From the IMG/VR virus record IMGVR_UViG_3300032050_000089: 64,000 bases of DNA; one strand, written 5' to 3'. Source of the DNA: an uncultured virus (IMG/VR IMGVR_UViG_3300032050_000089) (Duplodnaviria; Heunggongvirae; Uroviricota; Caudoviricetes). Positions 19,369 through 29,850 of this stretch are shown here, piece after piece. The position numbers and the translations under genes are program-made. Under the pieces are notes generated by a model. The model was not told where the DNA came from and did not search any database. It worked only from the letters and a program-made list of their open reading frames with translations. The first letter of the stretch is position 1. Every line of letters starts with the position of its first letter.

Positions 19369-22300
19369 TTAGATTTGATTAAGAACGAAATTCAACACTA
19401 TTGATTCAATCGAATTATTTGGTACTATTGTCAAGTCAACAACCAATCTCTTCTGAGCAACTACAGATGGAGTATTGTTTGTTTCGTTACAAATTAGGAT
19501 ATAAGAAGCAAGGCCTCCGATTGATTGTAACTTATCAAGAACAGTAGTTGCTCTTGAAACAAACTGTGCTCTTGTACCAGCATTATTTTGTTCGAATTGG
19601 AAGTCCTCAAAGATCTTCTTAAATTCTTTCTTGATTGTGCTAGTGTTCTTAGAGACAGAAGCTGACTTTCTATACACTTCATTTCCTGTAGTTATACCAG
19701 TAGCATCTCCCCAAATTGCGGCTCTATTTGTACCGCTTGGGATGTAGATTGGATTTATTCCTCTGGTGTAATAACCAGAGAGATCACGATCTACTATAGT
19801 TGGAGTGATGTTTGAATATGTTCTAATTCCACCTCTTGCCGAACCAGAGCTTGACAGATGGTACTTATTCTCGACGTATGAGCGAGCATATGCGCCTGCA
19901 ACATCTGACGAGAGATACAAGCGAACAGTCTCAGTTCCAGAGCCATAGAAGCGAGTTCTATTCTTGTAGCCAAGTACTGAGAACACATATTCACCCTTAT
20001 TTGCAGTTGTCATATAGGTCAATCCATCAACAAGCCCTGCGGAATTTAGATTCGTATAGGCTGGAGCTGCAAACGAGGCTGCGTCCTCCTCAAGAGATGT
20101 ACCGACAATAACAATTGCGTGGTTCTTTTCGGAACCGATACGCATCAATTCGCCATATCTCTTGTTATCTTCGGTGAATACAATGTCATATTCGTAGTTG
20201 CTTCCCAACAGTCCATCGATAGTTGGGGAGACAATGATGTTTCCGCCGTAATCCATGAAGTTAAGAAGAGAATGAATTTCGACATCTGTTGAAGTATTTG
20301 CTGTCAATGTCCCAGCATCAAACGCAGCTTTAGCATTCGCGTAGGCTGTGCTGCTGCTTGTGAGTACTGAATATGAAGCAGTGCTGTTGTTAGTGATAAT
20401 GTTATATGCAGTTGTTCCGCATAGGAATCCAGCATAGAAATCATTTTCAGTCGAGGTAAATGCTACTCCAGTAACCACAGATTCGGATACGCTTACTGAA
20501 CCGCTAGATGATCCACCACCACCGCCACCTGTTGTTGTTTGAGCGGCAGTGGTAAAAGATGTCTCTCTAACATAAGAATTAGTTCTCAATGTATCTAAAT
20601 CACTTGTTATATTAATGAATGATTTAAATATTGGGCTTACTCTTACAGTAAGAGTTGCGGACGCAGGCCATCCAGTTGTTGGGGGTGTTATTGTTATTCC
20701 ACCTAATGTCGATCCACTACCAACAAAAATACTAGTTATGGCTCTTGGAGTGGCTGTATAATAAGCAGCATAATTTGTAATACCCAGACCTGAGTAACCC
20801 GGTATTCTATAGTCATTGGTACTAGAAGTTGAGTATAATAAATTTTTGGTAAATAGTTCAGAAGCCCCATTTAGAACCGATAATCGTAACCCATCAAAAA
20901 TTGATGAGTGTGGCAAATCTTTTACAGTTATTGTCGTTGTTAGTGATTGCTGTGCTTGTATTGAAGATGTTGATGATAACGTTACACCTGTAATTCTATA
21001 ATCATAGAAAATATAATGAGGGAAACTAATTGTAGTATCGGCAAAACTAAATGCGGTTGATGGGAAGAAGGTACTACCGCCGGAATATCTTAAAAACGAT
21101 CCGGGATTAGCAAGAACCCATTCTCCCCCATTGAAAGTCTCTGGTGGATTGTCACCCTGATCAAACATAAGTGTAAAACCAGTATCATATTGAGGATAGT
21201 TAAAGTCGTCAAAAACTGCTGATAATTGAGCCTCGGTCAAGGGGGGACCATTAAAATAGTTCATCAATTGAGTTAATGAACTATTACCCTCAATTGTATC
21301 GAATGGCCAACCTTCAGTAATAACTCCTTCAAAATTCCTCAAAGGAATACTTAAAGAAATACCATTTATAGTATTTAAAGTATTAGCACGTTCTAAAGCC
21401 GATTCTCTAAAAGAGCGTAAAGTTCGATTTGTAACATTAATACTATTATTTACAACATTTTCTGGACCAACAGAATCAATTATAAAACTCAGATAGCCTG
21501 TATAGAACGTACCATCTGGTAAAAAATTATCTACGTTTGATTGCATATAATATCTGCTATGGATATTATTTCTTCCAACTATTCCAGACTCAAGATTTGT
21601 TAGACCGTGATTTACAGTTATTCTCATTAAATCAACAGCGGGAGCAATAAATCTCGTAAAGTTTACTGGATTGCCTTGTTGTTGTGTGACACCAGTTGCT
21701 ATTAACGTCAGTCCAGAAATATTTCCTACTGTATGAATAGGTGAAAATGTTCTAAATGGAGTTGTAATCGGAGTTGAGCCAAATTCAAAACTTATACCAT
21801 CCCCTCTTGTAAATGAAATTCTTGCAGTTCCTGTAGATCCAACACTATTTAAATTTGGAACAACAAAGGTTTCAATATTTGATTGATCAAAAGTTTTTCT
21901 TATAAATCCTATTTCAGTTGTATTTCTAGGAATAAATGTTCTGTTATCAGCAATAGTAATTCCTAAAGCAAAATTACCAGATGCATCATATAAATTTAAT
22001 TTTTCTAAATATCCAAGTGGTCTATTTTGATAGTGTATTTCAACAGAATTTCCGGGCACTAGCGTAGACCCGCTAGCGGTACCCTGAATTGGAATAAAAA
22101 CGTCATCTCCGGTCAATGAATAAAAATCTGCGGGAGAACCTGTATTTATTGGTAAAATAAATGATATACCATTTGCTGGATTGCCATAAAATACTTTTAA
22201 TTCACTTTGTGTAGATCCCTGACCAAAAGTAAATCCGGTAAATCCCCACGGGTTGGAATGAGTATTAAAATCTACTCTATAAAAAGCTCTGTTGATATGA

Positions 22301-23751
22301 TTTAAATTTCTTCTAGCAGATAAATCACCAGATTCGTTTATTAATCTAAAAAATCTTTTATTGGTAGCTATTTGTGAATCAGTTGTATAAAAATGAGCCA
22401 CAGTATCTGTATTAAAAATAATATTGTATGGATTATAAACTTTTTCGTAAAAAGTTACACCATCTAATAATACAGTTAAAGTGTTTCCAACTGTTAATCC
22501 CAGAGGAATAAACCCAAATAATGGTGGTATGAATGAAATATTACTAACAGCACCACCTCCATATAATGTTGTACCTCTAGTGTTAAAACCATAATCTAAT
22601 TTGTGAAATGTATTTCCTGTTAAATTGTTCGTAATACCATATGGTGTTGCTACCAAATTAAATGTTATTGGATCAAAAACCGATAAAGTTTTATCGGCAA
22701 AATCTACATTAGAAAAGCCTTTAGATAAAATAGGTACTCTTGATGAAAACGGATTTGTAAAATGGGTCACACCGGAAGATAAACTATAAACTCCAGTTAA
22801 CCCAGAAGAAATATTATTTGTAATATTAATATTTGTTTGTGGTAAAGTAATTAAATTTGCCGAAACATTAGTAAGGGGTTCATCAGAAGAAAATACTGGT
22901 AATCCAAAAAATGAATTTGGAATTGGCATTAAATAATAACTTCCAGTCGGAATATGTTTTGGAACTACAAATTCTGTAAAAGAAGTATTGAATATTGTTG
23001 CACCAGAAGTATCAACGATTCTTCGAAGAGTATTAAATTTTGCATCGCTTCCAGAAATATTAGGATCTAAATAATCAGCATTTATTTCTGAAATTTGTGT
23101 AGATGTTAAATTAGAAGAATTTAAAGAAATATTATTAGTACACCCAAGTAATGAAACAATACCATAAAAAGTTGCTCCAGTTCCTATACCAACATAATAT
23201 CTTTGAATATTAGCAGATTCTAAAGTTAATCCGAGGGTGGATCCTGCAACTCCATTTGTAGCCGAAACAATATTAAATGGTCTAAATGAAAGCGTTTCGC
23301 CCCTAGTTGATGATGCTACTTCACCTATTGCACCAGATCCAGTTTGACCAAATGCTCCATATTTTAAAGTAAATGTATTTCTTGATCGATAATGTAAATC
23401 TTGATTAAGTATTTGATTGGCAAGTCCACCATTAAATACATTTGATTGAGGTGAAAATAATGTAATTCCAATAAAATGGTTCCATGTAGTACCAGTATTA
23501 CTGACAACAAGTCCATTTGAATTATTTGCTACCACAAATTCTGAAGAAACATTATCTGCCCTTAAATCATCAATAGAAGTGTAAGGAATAGAAAAATCAA
23601 ACGTGGCATTTGAGATAAGAATGTCAAAAATAACTGAAGAAAAAGACACACCATCAACAGAAAAGGTTAAACCGACAGTTAAAGGGGCACTTCCGGGAGT
23701 CAGGCCTATAAGAGTTCCGCTAATATTATGAGAGTGTGTTAATTCAGCCAT
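19369..23751 (-). CDS. gp18: Tail sheath paralogue A with ~1,070-aa N-terminal appendage
   Basis: C-terminal ~385 aa: SDVAGAYAR, RGINPI, IWGDAT, FEQNNAGTR, ICNETNNTPSVV; joined by a G6S3 linker to a Thr/Gly/Asn-rich extension. Confidence 0.85.
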   Translation of the reverse strand: MAELTHSHNISGTLIGLTPGSAPLTVGLTFSVDGVSFSSVIFDILISNATFDFSIPYTSIDDLRADNVSSEFVVANNSNGLVVSNTGTTWNHFIGITLFSPQSNVFNGGLANQILNQDLHYRSRNTFTLKYGAFGQTGSGAIGEVASSTRGETLSFRPFNIVSATNGVAGSTLGLTLESANIQRYYVGIGTGATFYGIVSLLGCTNNISLNSSNLTSTQISEINADYLDPNISGSDAKFNTLRRIVDTSGATIFNTSFTEFVVPKHIPTGSYYLMPIPNSFFGLPVFSSDEPLTNVSANLITLPQTNINITNNISSGLTGVYSLSSGVTHFTNPFSSRVPILSKGFSNVDFADKTLSVFDPITFNLVATPYGITNNLTGNTFHKLDYGFNTRGTTLYGGGAVSNISFIPPLFGFIPLGLTVGNTLTVLLDGVTFYEKVYNPYNIIFNTDTVAHFYTTDSQIATNKRFFRLINESGDLSARRNLNHINRAFYRVDFNTHSNPWGFTGFTFGQGSTQSELKVFYGNPANGISFILPINTGSPADFYSLTGDDVFIPIQGTASGSTLVPGNSVEIHYQNRPLGYLEKLNLYDASGNFALGITIADNRTFIPRNTTEIGFIRKTFDQSNIETFVVPNLNSVGSTGTARISFTRGDGISFEFGSTPITTPFRTFSPIHTVGNISGLTLIATGVTQQQGNPVNFTRFIAPAVDLMRITVNHGLTNLESGIVGRNNIHSRYYMQSNVDNFLPDGTFYTGYLSFIIDSVGPENVVNNSINVTNRTLRSFRESALERANTLNTINGISLSIPLRNFEGVITEGWPFDTIEGNSSLTQLMNYFNGPPLTEAQLSAVFDDFNYPQYDTGFTLMFDQGDNPPETFNGGEWVLANPGSFLRYSGGSTFFPSTAFSFADTTISFPHYIFYDYRITGVTLSSTSSIQAQQSLTTTITVKDLPHSSIFDGLRLSVLNGASELFTKNLLYSTSSTNDYRIPGYSGLGITNYAAYYTATPRAITSIFVGSGSTLGGITITPPTTGWPASATLTVRVSPIFKSFINITSDLDTLRTNSYVRETSFTTAAQTTTGGGGGGSSSGSVSVSESVVTGVAFTSTENDFYAGFLCGTTAYNIITNNSTASYSVLTSSSTAYANAKAAFDAGTLTANTSTDVEIHSLLNFMDYGGNIIVSPTIDGLLGSNYEYDIVFTEDNKRYGELMRIGSEKNHAIVIVGTSLEEDAASFAAPAYTNLNSAGLVDGLTYMTTANKGEYVFSVLGYKNRTRFYGSGTETVRLYLSSDVAGAYARSYVENKYHLSSSGSARGGIRTYSNITPTIVDRDLSGYYTRGINPIYIPSGTNRAAIWGDATGITTGNEVYRKSASVSKNTSTIKKEFKKIFEDFQFEQNNAGTRAQFVSRATTVLDKLQSIGGLASYILICNETNNTPSVVAQKRLVVDLTIVPNNSIESIVLNFVLNQI

Positions 23752-25389
23752 TTATTTTACCTCAAACCATAAGTCGCCACCAAATTTCATCTCTTCCCTG
23801 TCATCCATATCTGCAACGAACATATGATTTTCTTGTTGTTGTTCATCTGTATTTATTATTTTCTTATTCTTTAAATCCAGCAAATCTTCAAAGTAAACTT
23901 GTCTAGTAAGCCAACCAAATAATACTAAGCACATAACTAAGTCATCGTTATAGCCATCATCAGCCTGATAAGAATTTGCCTTTGAAATAAAAGTATAAAG
24001 CTCAGAAACCATGTCCTGATCAAAAAATACCAGTTTATCGCATTCAACTAGATTCTTGAGGGCAGCACACCCGATCTTTTTAAGAGCAGTGCTGGTTCTA
24101 ACACCAAATTGCTTTTGACCCCTACCGAATCCTAATGAAATTTTTTGACCAGCCCTACCCATGTATTGAGTCGAAATCAAATTTTCATACTCATAATCTC
24201 TATGTAAAATCTCAGTTACTTGGGAACCAACATCGTTGATTTCGACCAAGCAATGGGCATTGCCATACTCTGTGCAGGCATTATAGACCTCAATGGGAAA
24301 GTCAAATGGGGAGATGACATTGTTTCTATAGACCGCTACTACCTCAAACGGCTTTGTGTTTCCGTCAATGATTACAAATGCGCTATAGTCATGTCCCTGA
24401 CCTCTAGAAGTATCTACTACGCAGAAGTAAATTCCATCCTCATTTGGTGGCTTGTAAATACTCAATCCCCCGGGTCTGCGTTCGTATGGCTGATTATAAA
24501 CTAGCGTATTGAGTTTATATGTCGAGATAAGGGTATTTGAAGAACCCAAGAATGAGCATTCAAATTCACTTTCAAACTGCATCTCGCTAGTCTGATCGAT
24601 CATTTGCTGCCGCCATTCAGCCCCTCTCATGGGTCCACCCGGATACAGGGGTATCTGCCTCCAGTTGACCTCAATGGGCACATATTCGTTCTTACCCGGC
24701 TCCCCGTCCTTCTTAATAGCATTCTTCCAGAAGTGGTAGAACATGTTCATACCGTTTGGAGTACTAACCATCAATACCTTTGTTGTTTGGCCTGATGTTA
24801 CGGTTGGGAATACTGAACTAAAGAATTCTTCGGCAACATTATTTGGAACGTGAGCAAATTCGTCCAAAAAGATCATGTTAAATGATCCACCACGAATCGC
24901 GGAGGCTGAGGTAGTTGATGCGATAATTTTAGATCCGTTTTCTAACTTTAACGATCCTTTATTCCATTCCACCACGCCCTGCTGCAACCATTTAGGAAGA
25001 TATTCATATGCCAATTGAAGTCTGCTTAAAATTTCTCTGGCAGTAGATCCTTTATTGGCTAGAATAGCTACATTCATACTCTGATTGAACAGAATATAAT
25101 GTAGAATGTATGATACCATTGTGGTAGACTTACCCGACTGGCGAGGAAGTTTTGCGATGATAAATCTGTTATCATGCATTTTTTGAACGATATCTTCCTG
25201 ATAATCATAAAGATTAAAAGGCACTAAACCCTTATCAAGAGAGACAATTTTGATATAATTCTTGATGAAATAAATGGGATCTTTGGCACATTTAATATAC
25301 TCCTGAACTTGCTCGGGGGTATAATCAATATGGATTCCGGCCTCTTTGAGGTTCGAATTACCCAGATAACCTTTATGTTTTTTGCTCAT
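23752..25389 (-). CDS. gp17: Terminase large subunit
   Basis: YLGN.NLK, PRQSGKST, LDEFAHV, STPNGMN.FY, VDTSRG.G.DYSAF, NDDLVM. Confidence 0.98.
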   Translation of the reverse strand: MSKKHKGYLGNSNLKEAGIHIDYTPEQVQEYIKCAKDPIYFIKNYIKIVSLDKGLVPFNLYDYQEDIVQKMHDNRFIIAKLPRQSGKSTTMVSYILHYILFNQSMNVAILANKGSTAREILSRLQLAYEYLPKWLQQGVVEWNKGSLKLENGSKIIASTTSASAIRGGSFNMIFLDEFAHVPNNVAEEFFSSVFPTVTSGQTTKVLMVSTPNGMNMFYHFWKNAIKKDGEPGKNEYVPIEVNWRQIPLYPGGPMRGAEWRQQMIDQTSEMQFESEFECSFLGSSNTLISTYKLNTLVYNQPYERRPGGLSIYKPPNEDGIYFCVVDTSRGQGHDYSAFVIIDGNTKPFEVVAVYRNNVISPFDFPIEVYNACTEYGNAHCLVEINDVGSQVTEILHRDYEYENLISTQYMGRAGQKISLGFGRGQKQFGVRTSTALKKIGCAALKNLVECDKLVFFDQDMVSELYTFISKANSYQADDGYNDDLVMCLVLFGWLTRQVYFEDLLDLKNKKIINTDEQQQENHMFVADMDDREEMKFGGDLWFEVK

Positions 25390-28300
25390 GTTCTATAAGG
25401 TGCAGTAGTAATTCCATCTGCCATTGGACCAGCATCTTGATATTCAAAACGTAAATTGTAATTGTTGAATGTGGTTCCATCAGCGAGAATAGAAACTTCA
25501 TCTGTTATTAGCCAAACTCCCATGGGGTAATATTTACTTGGAATTAAATTGCCTACCAGTGTATTGCCAGCAAAAACATTTACACTAAATCTTCTAATAT
25601 TTGGATTTGTTCTTAAAGTTCTCCATGAGTGGGTTCCATTACTTTCAGTTACTACTGATTTAGTATAAAAATCCAAATCTCTATTTCCCGTGGTTATAAG
25701 GTTGATATTATCAAGGGTATTACCTGTTTGAGGATCAACGCTTGTTGCCAAAACATTCTCGGCAAAATGATTATTATACCAATTATCATAATAAGTGTCT
25801 TGATCTGGTCTTCCATAATCAGAAGTTAAAATATATGGGATTGGTAGGGTTATTCTATGCAATATAAGATTTTGGTCTGATGCGTTTGTAGCTAACAATC
25901 TTACTTTGCTTAATAGTGCTGGATTCAATTTAGATATATTAAATCCTCCGACTTCAACCCGTAAACTCTCTGCAATGTTTATATCGTCTGAACTTGAAAG
26001 ATATTCATATGTTCTTCCATGAGTTGCTACTTCCATGTCCCACAAAATATGATTCAAAAGTATTTCATCATTATACTTGAAATTATTCCATGTTTTAGGA
26101 TGAATTCCATAGTAACCAGCACTTCCATCATTTTCATTTGTTATAGGTCCTTGGAAAATAACTGATTGATTGAGGATGTTAAGGGGTAAATTGGTCAATA
26201 ATTTCGATATAAAGATATTTTCATTATATGAGTGATAAAAATTAATTGGTTGATAATTTGGATTTGTTCTTGGATTAGCTGTAAAATTTGTTTTTGAAAA
26301 TATTGCTGGATCTGTATAAGTAAATCCTTCAGCATTATTATTAGCAGAAGATGGAATAAAATCCATAAACCAACTATTCTCATAACCGTGAGGAATGTGA
26401 TATGAAACTCTGTTGAATTGGATATTGTTATAAATAAAAATTCCAGAAACTCCATGGTTCATATTTTCTTCTATAATTCCACGAATAATTCTAGATTCAT
26501 CCTTCATAGCGAGGAATGGCTCATATTTTTCGGATAGTCTTGTACCCGCAAATGGTCTTTGAGTAGGATCATAATACTCGCCAAAGAATGTTACTAATGT
26601 TCCATCCCCAATTGTAGGAACTGAATTGCTTGTTTCGAAATATTGTGGATTGTATGAAATACCACAGATAAAAGTAGTTCCCGTCTGACCGAGATTTTCT
26701 GATGTAAACCAAGGAACTAATTTGTTAGACGCATTATTTACCTGTGCAAGAGTAGGATTATTTTGAGGTATAATTGCGTTTTCCACAAATGCAAAAGTAA
26801 TAGCGTTTACTGGTGTAGGTGCATATCCAGTTCTTCTATACCTAGCTTGAAAATCAGTATAAGTATATGGAGAACCGTAAGGATAGTGATATATCAATTC
26901 ATATGGTAAAGTCACTCCTTGTGAAAAGCTTTGAGCAGTAACATCATGGAATCTACCAGTAGATTTTACTCTTGGAAGTCTATTAACATGCACAGGAGCA
27001 AACTTACATCCGGGACTTCTGCGTTCGGTTGTTTCTTGCAAACCACCCCAATATTTCTTAAATTCATTATCATAAAATTCTTGTAATGGTAATGCGTCTA
27101 TTGGAAATTGAATTCCTCCATGAATTCCTTTTTTACTTAGTGGACCACTGGTAGCATAAAGAAATGCATTTTTCATTCCATCAAAAATACGATCAAAAGA
27201 TAATCCCGGATATTCTGCATATTTTGCTTCAAGCTGCGGCCAGAATTGATCTTGTTTTACTTTATTAATCCATGCAGTTGTTAATCCATCAACTAACAAC
27301 ATTAATTTCCACAATAATAAAGAATCTGTTCCTAAACCCAATCCCCACCGCAATTCATGATCATTAAAAATAATATCTACACATGGAGTAGGTGGAACAA
27401 AAGTAACTCCATTAATGTTTTTTCCAGCATAAACAAAATCGAATAATTTATTCCATCCACCAACATAAGTAGTTCCGAATTTACCAGCATAATTTTCTCT
27501 TCCAGTAAATCCCGTTGCGGCATAAGCAGTAAAACCTAACATATCAGTAACAAGATTTGGAGTAAACGGAGAAGGTACTAAAAATGTATTACCATTATGG
27601 ACTAAATTATAACAATCCATATAAATTGGCAAACGCATCTTATCAAACGAATCAAGATAATCAATACCACTATACGGTGGGTAGTTTGGTAGTGTTGATC
27701 CAGCAAAAATACCAGAATCAAATAACATTGCGGCTGGGTTGTTACTACCAAACGCAGTAATAACCCATGATCTTAATCCAGTAGCTCCTCTAGATGGATA
27801 TAATTTCTGAGTAAATGTTGGATCAAAAAGCGTTCTTATTGATGGTTGAGCTTGAGAGTGGGTAACGCCTGTTGAATATTTACCTGTATCTGGATATCTA
27901 TTTTGATTATTTTTATCTACAATATATCCGCTATATCCTGCTTCGATTGTAATACCCGCTGATGGATATGATCCAATACTTATAATACTTGTTGTACCAT
28001 TCCATCCCCAAAATCCATTGATGTAATAAGCCTGCGAACCATATGTTGCTTGGAACATATCTTCACTAGTTCTTCTATTCGCCAATGTGCCTTGTGTTGT
28101 GCCGAAAACACCATCACCTTGATTTGCATATAAATTTACATTTCCTCCGGGGCGCATATAAATTGGTAAACAGGGTAAAACTCTATTCTGGTCATAACTT
28201 ATGCCAGCCCACATACCATTGTGTATGACACTACCAAATGGAATTTGTGGATTGTCAATTGTATTTGCTCTGAATGTTAAACCAAATGCACGATAATATT

Positions 28301-29441
28301 CAAGTAATCCGGGTGTTTTAATGTTAAGATCACCATATGAGCCATAATTATAAGCCAAGACAAGATTATCACCCCGATTAAATTGTGTTACACCACTCTG
28401 AGTAAAATAGTAATGATTAGAAGACATCAAATCATTAAATGATGTTCCGGCAAAATTAGCCAATCTTAGTAAAGAAATATTTCCAGCAGCTGATCTTACT
28501 TCAAACGCTGTTGAATTGTCTGACACTGTTCCAAAAAATATTCTAACATAAAGTTGCTGTAGCAATGGAGCTGAAGCTGGAATTGCAAATGTAACACTAT
28601 TTGTTCCATCACCTACATCAAAGGATTCTGGATCATAAATAATTTCTTCAGTATAATTGGAAAGATTTGTAATAACTATAGTTGGATTTCTTGGGAATAT
28701 TCCACCCTGTCTCCAAGTTACAGTTATTGATTGGTTATTGAGATACAAATCATCGTTGACTTGAACATCTGTGATGAATTGCAAAAAGCTATCCTGAGTG
28801 TTGAGATTAAAATCCGTTGTGAGAATAGGAGTCGCTTCTCGCTCAGGGCCGAACAAATAGGTACGCATAACAAATTGTAGAGTACTAACTACGGCTCTAC
28901 GATTACCGAATCCACCTTCGTAGTCATTTCCGATCTTTGATGCAACTAGATTAATCGGAACATCAATACCTCTAGTCAAAGTCTTATCAAAATCTAGAGT
29001 AAGAATGTATTCTGGAGTAAAGTATGGCGCAATCTGCTCAATGATTTGAAAGTTTTCTTCAATGTTACGAGTATAAATCGCAAGATTAAATTGCATAAGG
29101 CAGGGATATTCACCAATTTTTACCTTAGCCTTTGTCTCTCCATCTTCCTGATAAAATAATTTATTAAATTCAAGTTTATTTCTATGTCTCTGCGTATCAT
29201 ATTGCAGATTAGACATATCAAAACTCATCATGGGTAGAGTTATTTGAAGCTTATCTTTTTCAGAAATACTAGAAGGATTCTGAAGACGGCTTACATACTT
29301 TTCTTTGCCTCCATAAACAAGTGGCACTTTGATTTTTTTAGAATCTGATGCATCTTCTCTATTGACGTAAATATTGTTAAATAACGAAGCAAACGCTATC
29401 GTGTTCTTTTTAATGCAATCGTTATAAAATGAATCAAACAT
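25386..29441 (-). CDS. gp15: Tail-terminator/sheath stabiliser gp15 domain fused to ~1,130-aa extension
   Basis: N-terminal ~215 aa: FASLFNNI, KVPLVYG.KEK, TLP.MSF, QIIEQIAPYFTP, DYEG.F..RR, F.MRTYLFGP. Confidence 0.85.
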   Translation of the reverse strand: MFDSFYNDCIKKNTIAFASLFNNIYVNREDASDSKKIKVPLVYGGKEKYVSRLQNPSSISEKDKLQITLPMMSFDMSNLQYDTQRHRNKLEFNKLFYQEDGETKAKVKIGEYPCLMQFNLAIYTRNIEENFQIIEQIAPYFTPEYILTLDFDKTLTRGIDVPINLVASKIGNDYEGGFGNRRAVVSTLQFVMRTYLFGPEREATPILTTDFNLNTQDSFLQFITDVQVNDDLYLNNQSITVTWRQGGIFPRNPTIVITNLSNYTEEIIYDPESFDVGDGTNSVTFAIPASAPLLQQLYVRIFFGTVSDNSTAFEVRSAAGNISLLRLANFAGTSFNDLMSSNHYYFTQSGVTQFNRGDNLVLAYNYGSYGDLNIKTPGLLEYYRAFGLTFRANTIDNPQIPFGSVIHNGMWAGISYDQNRVLPCLPIYMRPGGNVNLYANQGDGVFGTTQGTLANRRTSEDMFQATYGSQAYYINGFWGWNGTTSIISIGSYPSAGITIEAGYSGYIVDKNNQNRYPDTGKYSTGVTHSQAQPSIRTLFDPTFTQKLYPSRGATGLRSWVITAFGSNNPAAMLFDSGIFAGSTLPNYPPYSGIDYLDSFDKMRLPIYMDCYNLVHNGNTFLVPSPFTPNLVTDMLGFTAYAATGFTGRENYAGKFGTTYVGGWNKLFDFVYAGKNINGVTFVPPTPCVDIIFNDHELRWGLGLGTDSLLLWKLMLLVDGLTTAWINKVKQDQFWPQLEAKYAEYPGLSFDRIFDGMKNAFLYATSGPLSKKGIHGGIQFPIDALPLQEFYDNEFKKYWGGLQETTERRSPGCKFAPVHVNRLPRVKSTGRFHDVTAQSFSQGVTLPYELIYHYPYGSPYTYTDFQARYRRTGYAPTPVNAITFAFVENAIIPQNNPTLAQVNNASNKLVPWFTSENLGQTGTTFICGISYNPQYFETSNSVPTIGDGTLVTFFGEYYDPTQRPFAGTRLSEKYEPFLAMKDESRIIRGIIEENMNHGVSGIFIYNNIQFNRVSYHIPHGYENSWFMDFIPSSANNNAEGFTYTDPAIFSKTNFTANPRTNPNYQPINFYHSYNENIFISKLLTNLPLNILNQSVIFQGPITNENDGSAGYYGIHPKTWNNFKYNDEILLNHILWDMEVATHGRTYEYLSSSDDINIAESLRVEVGGFNISKLNPALLSKVRLLATNASDQNLILHRITLPIPYILTSDYGRPDQDTYYDNWYNNHFAENVLATSVDPQTGNTLDNINLITTGNRDLDFYTKSVVTESNGTHSWRTLRTNPNIRRFSVNVFAGNTLVGNLIPSKYYPMGVWLITDEVSILADGTTFNNYNLRFEYQDAGPMADGITTAPYRT

Positions 29442-29850
29442 TGTTATCCTGTATTATTGCTTTCTTTGAACTTCTTTCTTTATTTATCATGTCCTGAAGA
29501 TCCAAAGTAGAACCCACAAAAATGGCATTATTAGTTTGTTTGATGGTTGTTCTTTCGCTATCCTTTACCTTGACATGGACATCCATGAGATCCTTATTGA
29601 TCTCGGAAAGAGCCTTGAGCATGTTTGTAGCGACTTCGTAGGCTCTGGGGGAGTCTCCGTCCTGAGCAACCTGAAGAATGCCATCCAAAGCCATCTTGCC
29701 CTTTTCTAATATTTCTTTAATATTATCACGGGCATATTCATAGTCATCTTCTACGTTTTTCTTAATTATAGAAGACTCTTGCTTCAAGGCTTTAGGTGTT
29801 GTAATTTCTAGAAAATTATTGAGTTGATCTTTATTTGTTATATCAGACAT
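29434..29850 (-). CDS. gp16: Terminase small subunit
   Basis: DDYEYAR.N, A....SPRAYEVA, NNAIFVGST.DLQ. Confidence 0.93.
   Translation of the reverse strand: MSDITNKDQLNNFLEITTPKALKQESSIIKKNVEDDYEYARDNIKEILEKGKMALDGILQVAQDGDSPRAYEVATNMLKALSEINKDLMDVHVKVKDSERTTIKQTNNAIFVGSTLDLQDMINKERSSKKAIIQDNNV

Noticed and set aside
15680..23751. Bacterial extracellular contractile injection system instead of a phage tail
   Set aside because: Genes are embedded among portal, terminase, capsid, neck and replication genes of a T4-like phage
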